DNA of 64,000 bases, taken from contig CAKKNE010000001.1 of NCBI GenBank assembly GCA_918797485.1, forward strand, positions 5,084,001 through 5,148,000, written 5' to 3'. The DNA comes from Pelagomonas calceolata (taxonomy: Eukaryota). This document shows positions 51,796 to 62,325 of the stretch, piece by piece. Numbering within the stretch: the first letter of the stretch is position 1; each line of letters starts with the position of its first letter. Below the pieces are notes generated by a model. That model was not told the origin of the DNA. It did no database searches and saw only the letters and a program-made list of their open reading frames with translations. The position numbers and the translations under genes are program-made.

Positions 51796-51955
51796 TTACC
51801 CTACATAGATCCGGAGCTTTCCTTCTATGGTACCACGACATAGCGGGCACGTCAACACGCGCTCGCCGCATTCCGAGCAACACACGAAGTGACCGCACGG
51901 ATCGAAGGCGACTTCCCGCGCGCGCTCGTGGCACACGACGCAGTGTCGGTGGAGT
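51796..51955 (-). pseudogene. Isolated C-terminal C3HC4 RING finger fragment
   Basis: CVVC...FDPCGHFVCCSEC...CPLCR...IYV*; no 5' part. Confidence 0.65.
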
Positions 51956-51957
51956 AA

Positions 51958-52568
51958 ACTCAGCCATCCGCCACGCCATCGCAGCGGCGCCCCTGACGAC
52001 ACTCTCGCTGAAATTAACTTTGAGTGTGCCGGGGCCCCAAGGGAGTTCTATTTTAGTAGCCGATCCCAATGGCTCCCTCGATGCTTTTGAAAATCATCCG
52101 ACCCTCAAACATCTCTCATTGGCATTCTTTGGCTACGTCGCTCCCGAGAGCAGAGTAGGCTGGCTACCTGAGCGCTTGCCGAAGCTCGAGACCCTCTCAA
52201 TTCAGGTAGGATGGCGATCCTCGTTCAATTGGGACTCCGCGCTGCCCTTCTGCCCGTCCCTCAAGAAACTCATAATTGACGACCAGTGCGGCGACGTCCA
52301 CGTCGGCGGCGAGCCAGCGCCCTTGGGAGCGCTCACGCCGCGAACCCTCCACCAGCTGATGGCCGGCATCCCCTCGCTGCAGACGTGCCACGTGACCCAC
52401 GTCGCCTCGATCGTCCTCTTCTCGTGCTGGACGGTGCACGACGGCGAGTGGATCATCTGCTACAGGACGCCGCCGGGCGTCTCGCTGACGTTCGGTCCCA
52501 CGGCTACCCGCGGCATCCGCGTCGTCGTCGACGACGTCGACACAACCCCTCCCCCACTCGAGGAGTAA
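51958..52568 (+). pseudogene. 5'-truncated LRR/F-box-like gene fragment
   Basis: PTLKHLSL, LPKLETLSI, CPSLKKLII, IPSLQT; no in-frame start ATG at its 5' end. Confidence 0.5.
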
Positions 52569-52594
52569 ATCGGCAAACACCCTTACTCCGCTAC

Positions 52595-53529
52595 CTAGGG
52601 CGTCTTCACGGAGATCCCCTCCTGGCCCGCGATGATCACCGCCGTCGTCATGCCGATGAAGAAGCCGTGGTCGACGACGCCGCACGTGTTTTTGAGCTGC
52701 GCCGCCGCCGCCGGCGCGTCTTCAATCGGTTTGTCGAAGACCAGGTCGACGATGTAGTTACCATTGTCCGTGACCGCGATGTTGTCGCCGTCGTTCTGGT
52801 TGTTCGACGACGAGCCCATCCTGAGGACCGGTTTGCACTTGCCCTTGAGTGCGGGCAAGTCACCAACAACGCGAATCGTGTGCTCGTGGCAGAAGGGCGT
52901 GATCTCGACCGGTACCTGCGCGGAGCATCGCGGTCGCTCGACTCGGTCCGAATGGCCTCAAATCGATGGACACGAGTCGCGTCGATGGCGTAAAGGCACC
53001 GCAGCACCGCGGGACGCCGAGATCGCACCGGGAAGCCGGGGCCGAGCGCATCGCACAGCTTCGACTCGTCGACAATCACAATAAACTTGTCCGCGACGAT
53101 CTCGACCATCTTCTCCCTCAGCAAGGCGCCGCCGCCGCCCTTGACCAAGTTGAGGTCAGGGTCGACCTCGTCGGCGCCGTCGATCGCGACGTCCAACCTG
53201 GAAAATTCATCCAAAGTGGTTAAAGGAATGCCCAACTCCTCGGCCTGCTCCTTCGTCCTGACCGAAGTGGGCACGGCGATGATATCTTTTAAAGTGCCAT
53301 CCTTGAGCAACATGCCCAGCCGCTCGACGGCGAACGCGGCCGTCGAGCCCGTGCCCAGGCCGACCTTCATGCCACTGGTCACGTAGTCGTCGATGGCTTG
53401 ATACCCAACCTGCTTCTTGAGCTCGTCCTGCGACGGCATGGCCGCGACGGCTACGCTGGGCCGGCTCGCCGCCTTGGGGGCAAAGGCTGCTGCACTGGAC
53501 AGCAGAAGCGCGACGGCGAACGAGTGCAT
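52595..53529 (-). CDS. rpiA: Plastid ribose-5-phosphate isomerase A; exons 53529-53029 and 52915-52595
   Basis: AAAFAP presequence; GLGTGST, DGADE, KGGGGALLREK, GFP|VPVEI, TDNGNYIVD, GVVDHG; GT-AG intron 52916-53028. Confidence 0.95.
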
Positions 53530-53720
53530 TATTGATTGCACAGCACTGTGGTCTTATTGATCCACAATGCAATAATTGCGATCGGCTTGGGCGCGTGCGC
53601 TGCGAATGGATGATGTGTCTGCAGCCGTCCGGAGAGTGTTTTACGACTCGCGCGGAGAGCACTCGTCGCGGGCCAGGGACTCGCTCGTATATGCAAAAAA
53701 ACACGTCGGGCGCGCGGTTG

Positions 53721-53741
53721 CTAGCGGCTCTAAGACACTAG
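53721..53741 (-). promoter_or_regulatory. CTAG-box motif (ctagcggctctaagacactag)
   Basis: Between divergent genes. Confidence 0.7.
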
Positions 53742-53963
53742 CAAGAGCTCTGGCCGATGACAGACTTTGCATGCAGCAAACGCGTCGTCCTGGGCACAGC
53801 AGCACGTGCATTTTGCAGAGTGCACTCTCATACGTAAGCTGCGTGATATCACCAGTTCTCGTGCCGCAACGCGAGAGGGTCAGCGAGGACACCACAGATT
53901 GTAGCTGAGTGCAGCGACTGCAAACAGCCTGCGTCGAGGCGCACGACTGGAAAACGTGGTACC

Positions 53964-55642
53964 ATGCGTACGCTCAGTATCACTCTAACCTTATGCAGCG
54001 CCCTGCAACCGCTACACAAAACCCCGCAGCGAACAACGCGACTGCGAAGTGCCGAGTCGCCCTACGTCGCCGACTACGACCAACCGCCGGGCCCCCACAG
54101 TACAAAATGGCTCGCGACTTCGGAAAACAACGACCAGTGGATCGAATTCGACGAGCGGCACTACCGGAGCATGTACGCGGACATGAGTCGAACGGAGATG
54201 TTCACCCAGACCCTTGAGAAGAAGCTTGCGAAGTTCCCGCCGAAGACGGCCGTGGTGTGTGACCTGGGAACGGGGCCCTACCTGCTGTTTGCGAAGGCCG
54301 CGGCGGCCGCAGGTGCTAGGAAAGTTTATGCTATAGAGGCCGTGCCGGGCTCGCAAAACAAAGCGAGGGAAGAATTAGCCCAGCTCGAGGCGGCGGACAA
54401 TTCAGGAGTGGAGCCCGGCGTCATCGAGCTCGTTTGCGGTTTTTCGACGGATGTGGAGCTCCCGGAGAAGGTCGACATCCTGATCAGCGAGATCGCGGGG
54501 TCGATCGCGTCCGAGGAGGGCGTCTACGGTTTGTGTTCAGCGTCCATGTCTTTCAACGTGCCGCGTCGATGGCGTAGGGTTCGGGACAGTTCGTACGCGA
54601 CTCACATTGAAAGTCTGCGAGAGCTCGTGCGCCGTCGTCACTCTAATATCACACAGCGACCATCAAGGACGCGCGGGAACGCTTCGTGAAAGAACCAAGA
54701 AACCCCGACTCCTTCGTGCCTTTCAGTTATGAGACCTGGGGCGCGCCGGGCACGGATTTGTGCCACCATTCCGGCGGCTCCCAATCATTACCGAACGACG
54801 GGACTGCTCTCAGAATAGACTCGCAAGACAATTCCATGCAGTTGTTGGCGGATCCTGTGCTCGTGGAGGACATCCAGTTCGCCGGTGAACTACCAGAGCA
54901 CAAGCAGGAGGCTTCATTTGAATGGACAGTAAGTCCTGAGAGGATCGCGGCGAACGAGCGCGCGTTCGGGGAGATCCTGGGCCAGGACCGCGAGGCCATC
55001 GAGGCCAACGGTCTAGATGTCGAGCGATTAGCCAAGGACGTCGCGCGGTCCATGACGGGCATCGCCCTCTGGCCGACGATCGTCTTCGAGCAGGATCGGT
55101 CCGTGGTCTACGAGACGCGCGGGCCGTTGGGGGAGATGCGGCTCTCGCACTGGCCTACTGTCTTGCCTCCTCTCCGAGAAAGGCCTCTGCTCGTGAGTCC
55201 GGGCACGATTGTAAAAGCGGACTGGTGCGCGGACCTGCGAGACGGAAAGCCGTCGACGCCCCTCGAGTATTCGCTGGTCTGCGACACGGCGCCGCCCGTC
55301 GATGCAGCTTCTGCGGAGGCCGCGGCGCAGGCCGCCGCCCAGCGGTTGAGCGAGGAAGCCGCCGCCGCGGCCGCGGCCGCGGCGCCCGCGAAAGAGAAAG
55401 AGGAGGCGGACCTCGCGGCCCTCAAGAAAGCTAGGGATGAAGCTTTAAAAGCGGGCTGGGCAGCCCAAGGCAAGCAGGTGTCGGGCGAGTTCATGCAGGC
55501 GGCGGCGTCGGCGCCCACCGCGGCCGTGCCCGAGGACTTCGACGCGTCGGAGTGGGTCTCGGCCGTCGACGAGGCGTCGGGGAAGACATACTACTACAAC
55601 TCGAAGACGGGCGCGTCGAGCTGGGTGTGGCCACCCGTGTAA
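53964..55642 (+). CDS. PRMT-like SAM methyltransferase with signal peptide and C-terminal WW domain; intron 54529-54656
   Basis: HY.SM.AD..R, DLGTG, LPEKVDILISEIAG...EEG, SHW; WW domain W...D..SGKTYYYN..TG.SSW..P. Confidence 0.82.
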
Positions 55643-55644
55643 GT

Positions 55645-55862
55645 TTATGAGCTTAAGAAAGAAGCGGGCGGCGGCTGCACGGCCTCGGACCCGAGGCGGC
55701 GGCGCCGCACGGCGGTCCACGCGCGCACGGCCTCGGCGAGCTCCGCCGCGACGCGGTACTCGTCGGTCTTCGCCAGGAGCTCGTCGGGGATGGCGTCGCC
55801 CCAGCCGAACGTCCGCGCGCCCCAGAAATGATTGAAATGCAGCTTCTCCGGCGGCAGGTCCC
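55645..55862 (-). pseudogene. Orphan last-exon-like fragment preceded by an intron remnant
   Basis: DLPPEKLHFNHFWGAR... downstream of an intron-type motif whose acceptor lacks AG. Confidence 0.4.
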
Positions 55863-56292
55863 CGTGTGTGTGTAAGATTGGTTTAAAAGACGTCGCGTCG
55901 ATTGCGTGGACCGCGACCCCGGCGCGAGGCCTACAGGGCGCCCGCGAGTCCGCGGCGCGCGCGTCGCGGGCGTTGCTCAAAGGAGCCACCGCCACCGCCT
56001 CCCACCGCGTCCGGACGACTACGTAGCCGGCGGGAAGCGTACCGAGGGCTCCCAGGACCCGGGCAGCGACGCACTCCCGCACGTTGGGACAGCGCGAAGC
56101 CAGCGCAATCAACGACTGGCGGCGCTGCCCGCGCGGACCACGCGAGCACACGGCCAGCAGCATTGGCTCCGGACGCTCCCTGCGAACGCTACCCACGCGT
56201 TTGGCGGCGCGCGAAGCTGCCCCGAGCACAAAACAAAGGCTGCCCAAGCCAACGCCATCGCCGCGGCGCCACGACAAAGACCACGACAAAAG

Positions 56293-58161
56293 ATGGACCG
56301 CCCGCCGCCCCCAAGCCTCACGGACCACGACGCCGACGGCCTCGTCTTCAACAGCAGTTTTGACCACGCCAATTTGAAGCATGCCGAAAGAGCCAGGGAC
56401 GGCGCGTGGGACCTGACGATGGCGAAGGACGCCGAAAATACGAGCAACGAAAAGCGGAGCAGCACGTGGTTCTACTTTCGAGTTAGAGATGAGAGAGAAG
56501 GCCCGAAGCGACAAGCTAGATTCAGATTTGCGGGCATGGCGCGCCAGGGCCAACTCTATAAACACGGTCATCGGCCCGTGGTGCGTCGCATGAAGGACAA
56601 ACAACAATTAGGTAATGAGAAGTGCTGGTCTACACTAACAGGAAGTGGCGGCTGGAAGCGGCTGAACAACTGCAGTTATCGGGACCAAGGTGATAGAACC
56701 GGCGATTTACAATTTGATTATTTGTTTGGAGAGAAGGGCGACGAGGTCGAGTTCGCCTTCTGCTTCCCCTATGCCTACGAAGAATCGCTAGCGACGCATC
56801 GCGAGGTGCTGAAGCGGGTTACTGGCGATATTGTGGTGTACAACGAGTTACTGTGCTTCTCGGCGGAAGGGCGGAGAATCGAGATGCTGACCGTCACCGA
56901 TAATCACGGTGCCGATAAGCGAGAAGAAGACCTGTTGTACGACCACGCTGATGTAGCTTCTACTTCCCACTTATTCCCGGAAGTGCGGGACGGCACGGCA
57001 ACAAGGCCACCGAGGTATCCAGAGAAAGCCGAGGTCATTATCAGTGCGAGGGTGCACCCCGGCGAGACGCCGGCGTCGTTCGTACTAGATGGACTCCTAG
57101 AGTTGTTATTGAGGCCGGACGACCGACGGGCGAAGGTACTGCGACGGAATTATGTGTTCCGGTTCATCCCGCAACTCAACCCGGACGGTGTCCATCGTGG
57201 GCATTATAGACATGATAGTTACGGCGTGAATCTGAACCGGGTCTACTGGCCCTCGCCAGATTCTGAAAAAGCCCCGGCGCAAGCGGCTCTGATGGTGCTG
57301 GCCAAGGCCGCATCCACGCGACCCAAGGGCCTGGCGCTCTTCGTGGATTTACATGCTCACGCGTCGAAGCGGGGCGTGTTTATCTACGGCAACCACCTGG
57401 AAGATACCGAACAACATATAGAGAACCGCCTCTACGCTCTACTACTCTCAGTAAACTCGTCGCACTTCGATTATCATGCGTGCAACTTTAGCAAAGAGCA
57501 CATGTTACGGTGCGACGGTCCCAGTGCAGCCACGCCGGGGGCAAGTGCGGAAGGGTCCGCGCGCGTCGCCTGCATGCGTTATACGGGTCTAGCAAGGGCC
57601 TACACGTTGGAGTGCAACTACAACTGCGGGCGGTTGACAAATAATGTGCCCAAAGCTTCCGGCGAAGGAGCACAACGAGGCGCCTCGCCGGAACGACCCG
57701 CGACCATAACCCCGGAGCCGTTCACGCCCGACTCCTGGCGGGAAGTTGGAAGGGCATTAGGTGCATCACTCTTAGATGTCGCGGGCACGAACCCCTGGGA
57801 CCGGGTCAAGCAGTCGCGCTACAAGAACGTGCAATTGGCCAGACGGTTCATCGAAGATCAGACGGTGCGCAAAAGGGCCGGCGCCGTCGCCTTAGCTGTT
57901 CATTCCGTGGCGCGCATGTCGTCGCTGCGAACGCGCAAGGCGGCGCGCGAGTCGACGTCCACCGAGGACATCCGCAAATTGGCGGCCGACGCGCGGCGTG
58001 CCGTCGCCGCCGCCCGTCCCAAAGAGAAGGAGGAGGTCACGTTGCCGCGGCTCCCGATCACAAAACGGGGCCGCAAGGCGACCTCCAAGGTCCGGGCCGC
58101 TTTGCGGATGAACGCCGCGAACGTCGGGCGGGCTACTTTTGTGGCTTCTAGAAGTCGATAA
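56293..58161 (+). CDS. Cytosolic carboxypeptidase (M14D, CCP5/AGBL5-like tubulin deglutamylase)
   Basis: FDHANL, WFYF, AFCFPY, ARVHPGE, LNPDGV, NLNR, DLHAH, EGSARV, YTLECNY. Confidence 0.9.
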   Translation: MDRPPPPSLTDHDADGLVFNSSFDHANLKHAERARDGAWDLTMAKDAENTSNEKRSSTWFYFRVRDEREGPKRQARFRFAGMARQGQLYKHGHRPVVRRMKDKQQLGNEKCWSTLTGSGGWKRLNNCSYRDQGDRTGDLQFDYLFGEKGDEVEFAFCFPYAYEESLATHREVLKRVTGDIVVYNELLCFSAEGRRIEMLTVTDNHGADKREEDLLYDHADVASTSHLFPEVRDGTATRPPRYPEKAEVIISARVHPGETPASFVLDGLLELLLRPDDRRAKVLRRNYVFRFIPQLNPDGVHRGHYRHDSYGVNLNRVYWPSPDSEKAPAQAALMVLAKAASTRPKGLALFVDLHAHASKRGVFIYGNHLEDTEQHIENRLYALLLSVNSSHFDYHACNFSKEHMLRCDGPSAATPGASAEGSARVACMRYTGLARAYTLECNYNCGRLTNNVPKASGEGAQRGASPERPATITPEPFTPDSWREVGRALGASLLDVAGTNPWDRVKQSRYKNVQLARRFIEDQTVRKRAGAVALAVHSVARMSSLRTRKAARESTSTEDIRKLAADARRAVAAARPKEKEEVTLPRLPITKRGRKATSKVRAALRMNAANVGRATFVASRSR

Positions 58162-58188
58162 CAGTTACAGTTACTCTTCACATACAAG

Positions 58189-59292
58189 CTAGGACTCGTT
58201 CGCGGGCTGGCCGTACGCCGACGTCGTCTCGAAGCGTGCCACAACATAACCGAAGAGCGTGAACTCGCGCGTCGTGCGCTCGGTGCGCGCCTCATTCGAG
58301 GTACTCGCGCGCGACCGCGACCACGACCAGCCCTCCGACGCGCCAGTGCAGCCCGCGTCGTCGTTGTTGTTCACGGGCCGCGCCCGCGGCGGCGGCGGCG
58401 GCGGCGGGGCCGGCGCCCGGTCCGGCGGCGCTACGCGATTGGCCGAGCGGCGCCCCGGCAGCGCCGCCGCCGCGCCGCTCAGCGCGTCGTCGACGCGATT
58501 CCGCCTTCTTGGAACCTCGCTCGACCGGCGCCGCGGCGAGCGGTCTGTACCGTTCGCGCGCCGCTCGGACTTGGCCCGGCGCCAGTAGGCCTGGGCCCGG
58601 TCCGCGTCGGAGGGCGCCGCCGCCGCGGCCTTCGCCCGCCAGTTGTCGTCGTCCACATCAAAGCCCAGCTGCTCGAGCCGCTGGCGCCGATCTGCAGATA
58701 ATTTGCCCTCCTCGCGCGCGCGCCGCTGCGCCGCGCACCAGTCGCCTAACACACCATCCGGGTAGCAGTGACCCTTCTTGAGCTTGAACGCCGCGAGGGC
58801 CCAGTAGCGCTTCTCCCAGGCCGCGTCCCGGTCCTGGTTCTCGTCGAGGTCGACGCGCGTTTGTGCCGGCGGTTCCGGTGCCGGCGGCTTTTTTGGGGGC
58901 TTGGGCTTGCTCTTCCGGGAAGGCGGCGGCGCCTTCCGTGAGGGCCGCTTCTCACCGGATACGGCCTTGTGCGCCTCGGTGAGCGCCGCGAAGAGCTCGG
59001 ACGTGGCTCCATTTGTTTTGTCGGGGTGCAGCTTGAGCGCGAGCTTCCTATAAGCCTTCTTCGCGTCCGAGGCGCTGGCCTCTTCATTAAGTCCCAGCGC
59101 CTGCCGCGGGTGCCTCCTTATGTTATCGAGCGCCGCCTTGAGGAGGGCCGTCGCGTCCTCCGCGCCGCGTTCCGCGGTTAGTAGCAGCGCGGCGCACTCC
59201 GTGTATTGCGAGTGGTGGTGCAGATTCCTCGCTTGCGCGAGGTCTTGTGCTTTGACTTCGAGGCGTCGGTTCGGTGGCGGCGACGTCGACAT
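58189..59292 (-). CDS. J-domain protein with helicase-associated (HA) domain
   Basis: KKAYRKLALKLHPDK; WEKRY..L.AFK...GH...LG.W...QR...RLEQLGF. Confidence 0.85.
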   Translation of the reverse strand: MSTSPPPNRRLEVKAQDLAQARNLHHHSQYTECAALLLTAERGAEDATALLKAALDNIRRHPRQALGLNEEASASDAKKAYRKLALKLHPDKTNGATSELFAALTEAHKAVSGEKRPSRKAPPPSRKSKPKPPKKPPAPEPPAQTRVDLDENQDRDAAWEKRYWALAAFKLKKGHCYPDGVLGDWCAAQRRAREEGKLSADRRQRLEQLGFDVDDDNWRAKAAAAAPSDADRAQAYWRRAKSERRANGTDRSPRRRSSEVPRRRNRVDDALSGAAAALPGRRSANRVAPPDRAPAPPPPPPPRARPVNNNDDAGCTGASEGWSWSRSRASTSNEARTERTTREFTLFGYVVARFETTSAYGQPANES

Positions 59293-59684
59293 GCTGCTGT
59301 GCTTACTACTGGCAGACAGGCTGCCTCATGCTCAGGCTTTTTTTCGAGAGTTTCACGTGTTCCCGCCGACACGGCTCGGTTGGATGGCAGCGTAGAGCTG
59401 CAGGCAGGCCACAGGACGACCTAGAGACGGAGGTCGGGCCTCGCAAAGCAAGCTTTGCAATATTTGCAAGCTAAGTGAGTAAGGTACTAGAGAGGCCAGT
59501 CCAGGACTCACCCGGGGAGCCTTGCGTCCTAGTCCAGACCGGTAGCGCTCCCTAAACACCGATGCGGCGGGCTGGGGCGCTAGTGACAGCGCTGCGTGGG
59601 GGCAGCCGGTACAACGACTTGTAAAGCGCTGCAGCCGCAACCTGCGGGGGCTGCCTCGAAAAGCGAGAGCAACAAACGACAACA

Positions 59685-61031
59685 ATGCCGGCCACGGGCG
59701 CCTCGCCCGCGCCGCCGCCGCCGCCGCGCTCGAAGGTGAAGCGCAAGGCGCCGAAGCCCCCCGTCCAGCAGCCCTTTGCGGATGATCCCTACGGCCAGGG
59801 CATCCCGGGCGCGAACCCCTACGGCTTCACGTCCTACGACCCGGACCAAGCGGCGCCGTATGAGGACGCTTTTGACGAACAGCCGGTAGGTGGGTCGGGC
59901 TTCGCGGCCGTGAACGCCGCGCGCCAGGCTGTGGAAGATGAGGCCGGTGCTCTGGACGAGCAGCCGGAGGAGGACGATGAGGCGACGATGGAGCCGCCCG
60001 TCGAAGAAGCCCCGCAGAAGCCGCACATCTTGGAGAGCGAGCCCGAGACGGTCATCGGCGAAACGCTGCAGATCGAAGGGACATTAAGGTTCGAACGATT
60101 ACTGCGACTCGACGGCAAGTTCGAGGGCGATTTAGTATCCACGGGTGACTTGATCGTGGGCCCGCGCGGCGAGTTAGTGGGAGATGTCCGGGACATGGCC
60201 GATTTGGTGGTCTTCGGCAAGGTCATCGGCAACATCAACGTGGACCACCTGGAGCTCTGCGGCGCGGCGTCGATTTATGGGGACGTGACCTGCAAGACGC
60301 TGCTGATGGACCCGACGGTCGTATTGGTGGGCACGCTGAACGTGAACCCCTTCGCGCCGAATTTGATGGATCGACATGGAGACGAGGTGCCCCCTGAAGG
60401 CGCGGGCGTTGTTCCCAATTCGCCGCCGACATCTCCTGCGAAGGAGCCGGCGGAGGCTCCGGCTGCCGCGCCTCCTGTGGAGGAGCCACCGGCCTCGGCG
60501 CGGAGCGAGCCCGAGGCGACGCCGGCCGTCGAGGCCGCGCCGTCTCCCGTGAAGGCGCCCGAGCCCGCGAAATCGCCCGAGAAGCCCGCCGAGCCGGAGC
60601 CGGTCCCGAGCCCGGCGAAGAGCCCGGCGAAGGAGCCCGCGCCCGAGCCGACCGAGGCGCCGGCGTCGCCGGCCAAGGCGGCCCCGGCGCCCGAGCCCGT
60701 CGCGGAGCCCGCGAAGGCGCCGGAGCCCGAGCCCGCGGCGGCCGCCGAGCCCGCGAAATCGCCGGAGAAGCCTGCTCCGGCGGAGCAGGTCGGCGGCGCG
60801 CCGCCCGCCGCGGAGACTGCCGACAGCGCGCCGGCGGAGGCCGCGAAATCGCCAGCGAAGCCCGCCGAGCCCGCGGCCGAGCCCGCTGCCGAGCCCGTAA
60901 CCGCTGGTGGGGGCGGCGGGGTATCAGTCCCAGAGACTGCGACGGGCGCGGCAGATGGCGGCGAGAGCCGGCCTCCGAGCGCGGGAGAGGCCGCGGTCAG
61001 CGAGGCACCGGCTGCGGCGCCGGCGGCGTGA
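59685..61031 (+). CDS. Bactofilin-domain protein with long Pro/Ala/Glu, KSP-rich tail
   Basis: TVIGETLQIEGTL.F...LRLDG.FEG.L...G.L.VG..G...GDV...V.G.V.GNI....LEL...A.I.GDV....L. Confidence 0.85.
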   Translation: MPATGASPAPPPPPRSKVKRKAPKPPVQQPFADDPYGQGIPGANPYGFTSYDPDQAAPYEDAFDEQPVGGSGFAAVNAARQAVEDEAGALDEQPEEDDEATMEPPVEEAPQKPHILESEPETVIGETLQIEGTLRFERLLRLDGKFEGDLVSTGDLIVGPRGELVGDVRDMADLVVFGKVIGNINVDHLELCGAASIYGDVTCKTLLMDPTVVLVGTLNVNPFAPNLMDRHGDEVPPEGAGVVPNSPPTSPAKEPAEAPAAAPPVEEPPASARSEPEATPAVEAAPSPVKAPEPAKSPEKPAEPEPVPSPAKSPAKEPAPEPTEAPASPAKAAPAPEPVAEPAKAPEPEPAAAAEPAKSPEKPAPAEQVGGAPPAAETADSAPAEAAKSPAKPAEPAAEPAAEPVTAGGGGGVSVPETATGAADGGESRPPSAGEAAVSEAPAAAPAA

Positions 61032-61068
61032 TGGATTTATCCCGCTTCCCCAGATAAGTTACATACAC

Positions 61069-62099
61069 TTATGAGGACCACTGCGGATAGCTGCCGAACT
61101 GGAGCAGCCTCCGCAGGACCTCGCTCTCGCTGCCCGGGTCCGCGTCGGAGCCGTCGATGAAGCCGAGGCTCGGCGCCCGGCCGTAGTCGCGCGTGATGGC
61201 GTCGCCCGCCACGAGCGCTCGCGAGGCGACGACGAGGAGGTCGTCGCCGCCGGGGTCCTCGACGAGTGTTGCCGTCGCGCCGGCGGCGCCGTCGCGCAGC
61301 GTGTCGTACAAAGGGCAAACGACAATATCGTCACCGACGCGCGCGGCCCGAGAGAGTGCCCGAGAATAGAGCTCCGCCGCGTCGAGCTCGCGCCGCCGTC
61401 TAGCCGTGCCTTCGGTACGCGTCGGATTTCGGACCAGAGGAATGAGCGCCTCTCTGCACTCCCGCCACGCATAGCCTCGCTCGACGAGCGCCGCGCGCGC
61501 CGCCTTTTCGTTGCGGTGGCGGCACAGTGCCGAGAGCCGGTAGGCGGCGCGATCGACGGCCGGGTGGCCTGTGTGGTTGTCGACGCGTGAGTTTCGATGG
61601 CGTGAGGCGAAGGAGGTTTCCGACGCGGGCGCGTGCATTTCATCCCGAACTTCTTGAAAATTTCGAAATCATTGTCGCTGCCCGTCGCGAGCAGCGAATC
61701 GACGGTCTCTTTGTCCCTAGCTTCGAGATCATCGCTCGACGTCGCCCAGCCTCCCCCGCGCCATGACCGCACCCAGCTTCCCAAGTCTCCGCCTTCTTCC
61801 ATGGCCTCGATTGCTGCAGCTGTAAGCTTCCCGGGCCAGTCCTTCCTCCGTGGTGCGCTGAGTGTGAGCGAGCGCGGCACGCGTGCGAGCACTTCGAGGG
61901 CAGCGACGTCCTGCTTCACTGTCGCGCTGTCGCCGTCGAACGAGAGTTTGTCCGCATTGATTCCGGCATTCTCGCACCACGATTGGAGGTCCAACTCACT
62001 CAGCGTAGCAGCATGCAGCAGTGGACCGCGCGACGACGAAATCGCTGGCGGTCTGATGAATGCGTAAGCACTACTGCATAGTATGAGTAGTCGTTTCAT
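61069..62099 (-). CDS. Degenerate SET-domain (Rubisco LSMT-like) protein, plastid-targeted; GC-AG intron 61569-61636
   Basis: AYAF presequence; spliced MKC|HP; SRA...CPLYD...VVASR.L.AGD.IT.DYG. Confidence 0.7.
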
Positions 62100-62158
62100 G
62101 GTGGTGCAGCGCTTTGATACGATCTATACGTGCCACGCCGGTTGAACAAAATGGCATG

Positions 62159-62180
62159 CTAGTGTCTTACATGACGCTAG
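62159..62180 (+). promoter_or_regulatory. CTAG-box motif (ctagtgtcttacatgacgctag)
   Basis: Between divergent genes. Confidence 0.7.
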
Positions 62181-62325
62181 TTCGGCGGCCCGGTTACAAA
62201 AAAAGCGTGTAGTGCTCCTACAACCGCACGGTTTGAGCGCATAGCTCGTGTGCGCGACAGAAATCATAGTCACTGCCTGCACAGCAGACCGTGTGCCATA
62301 GTATTCCCTACACGCCAAGATCTGG

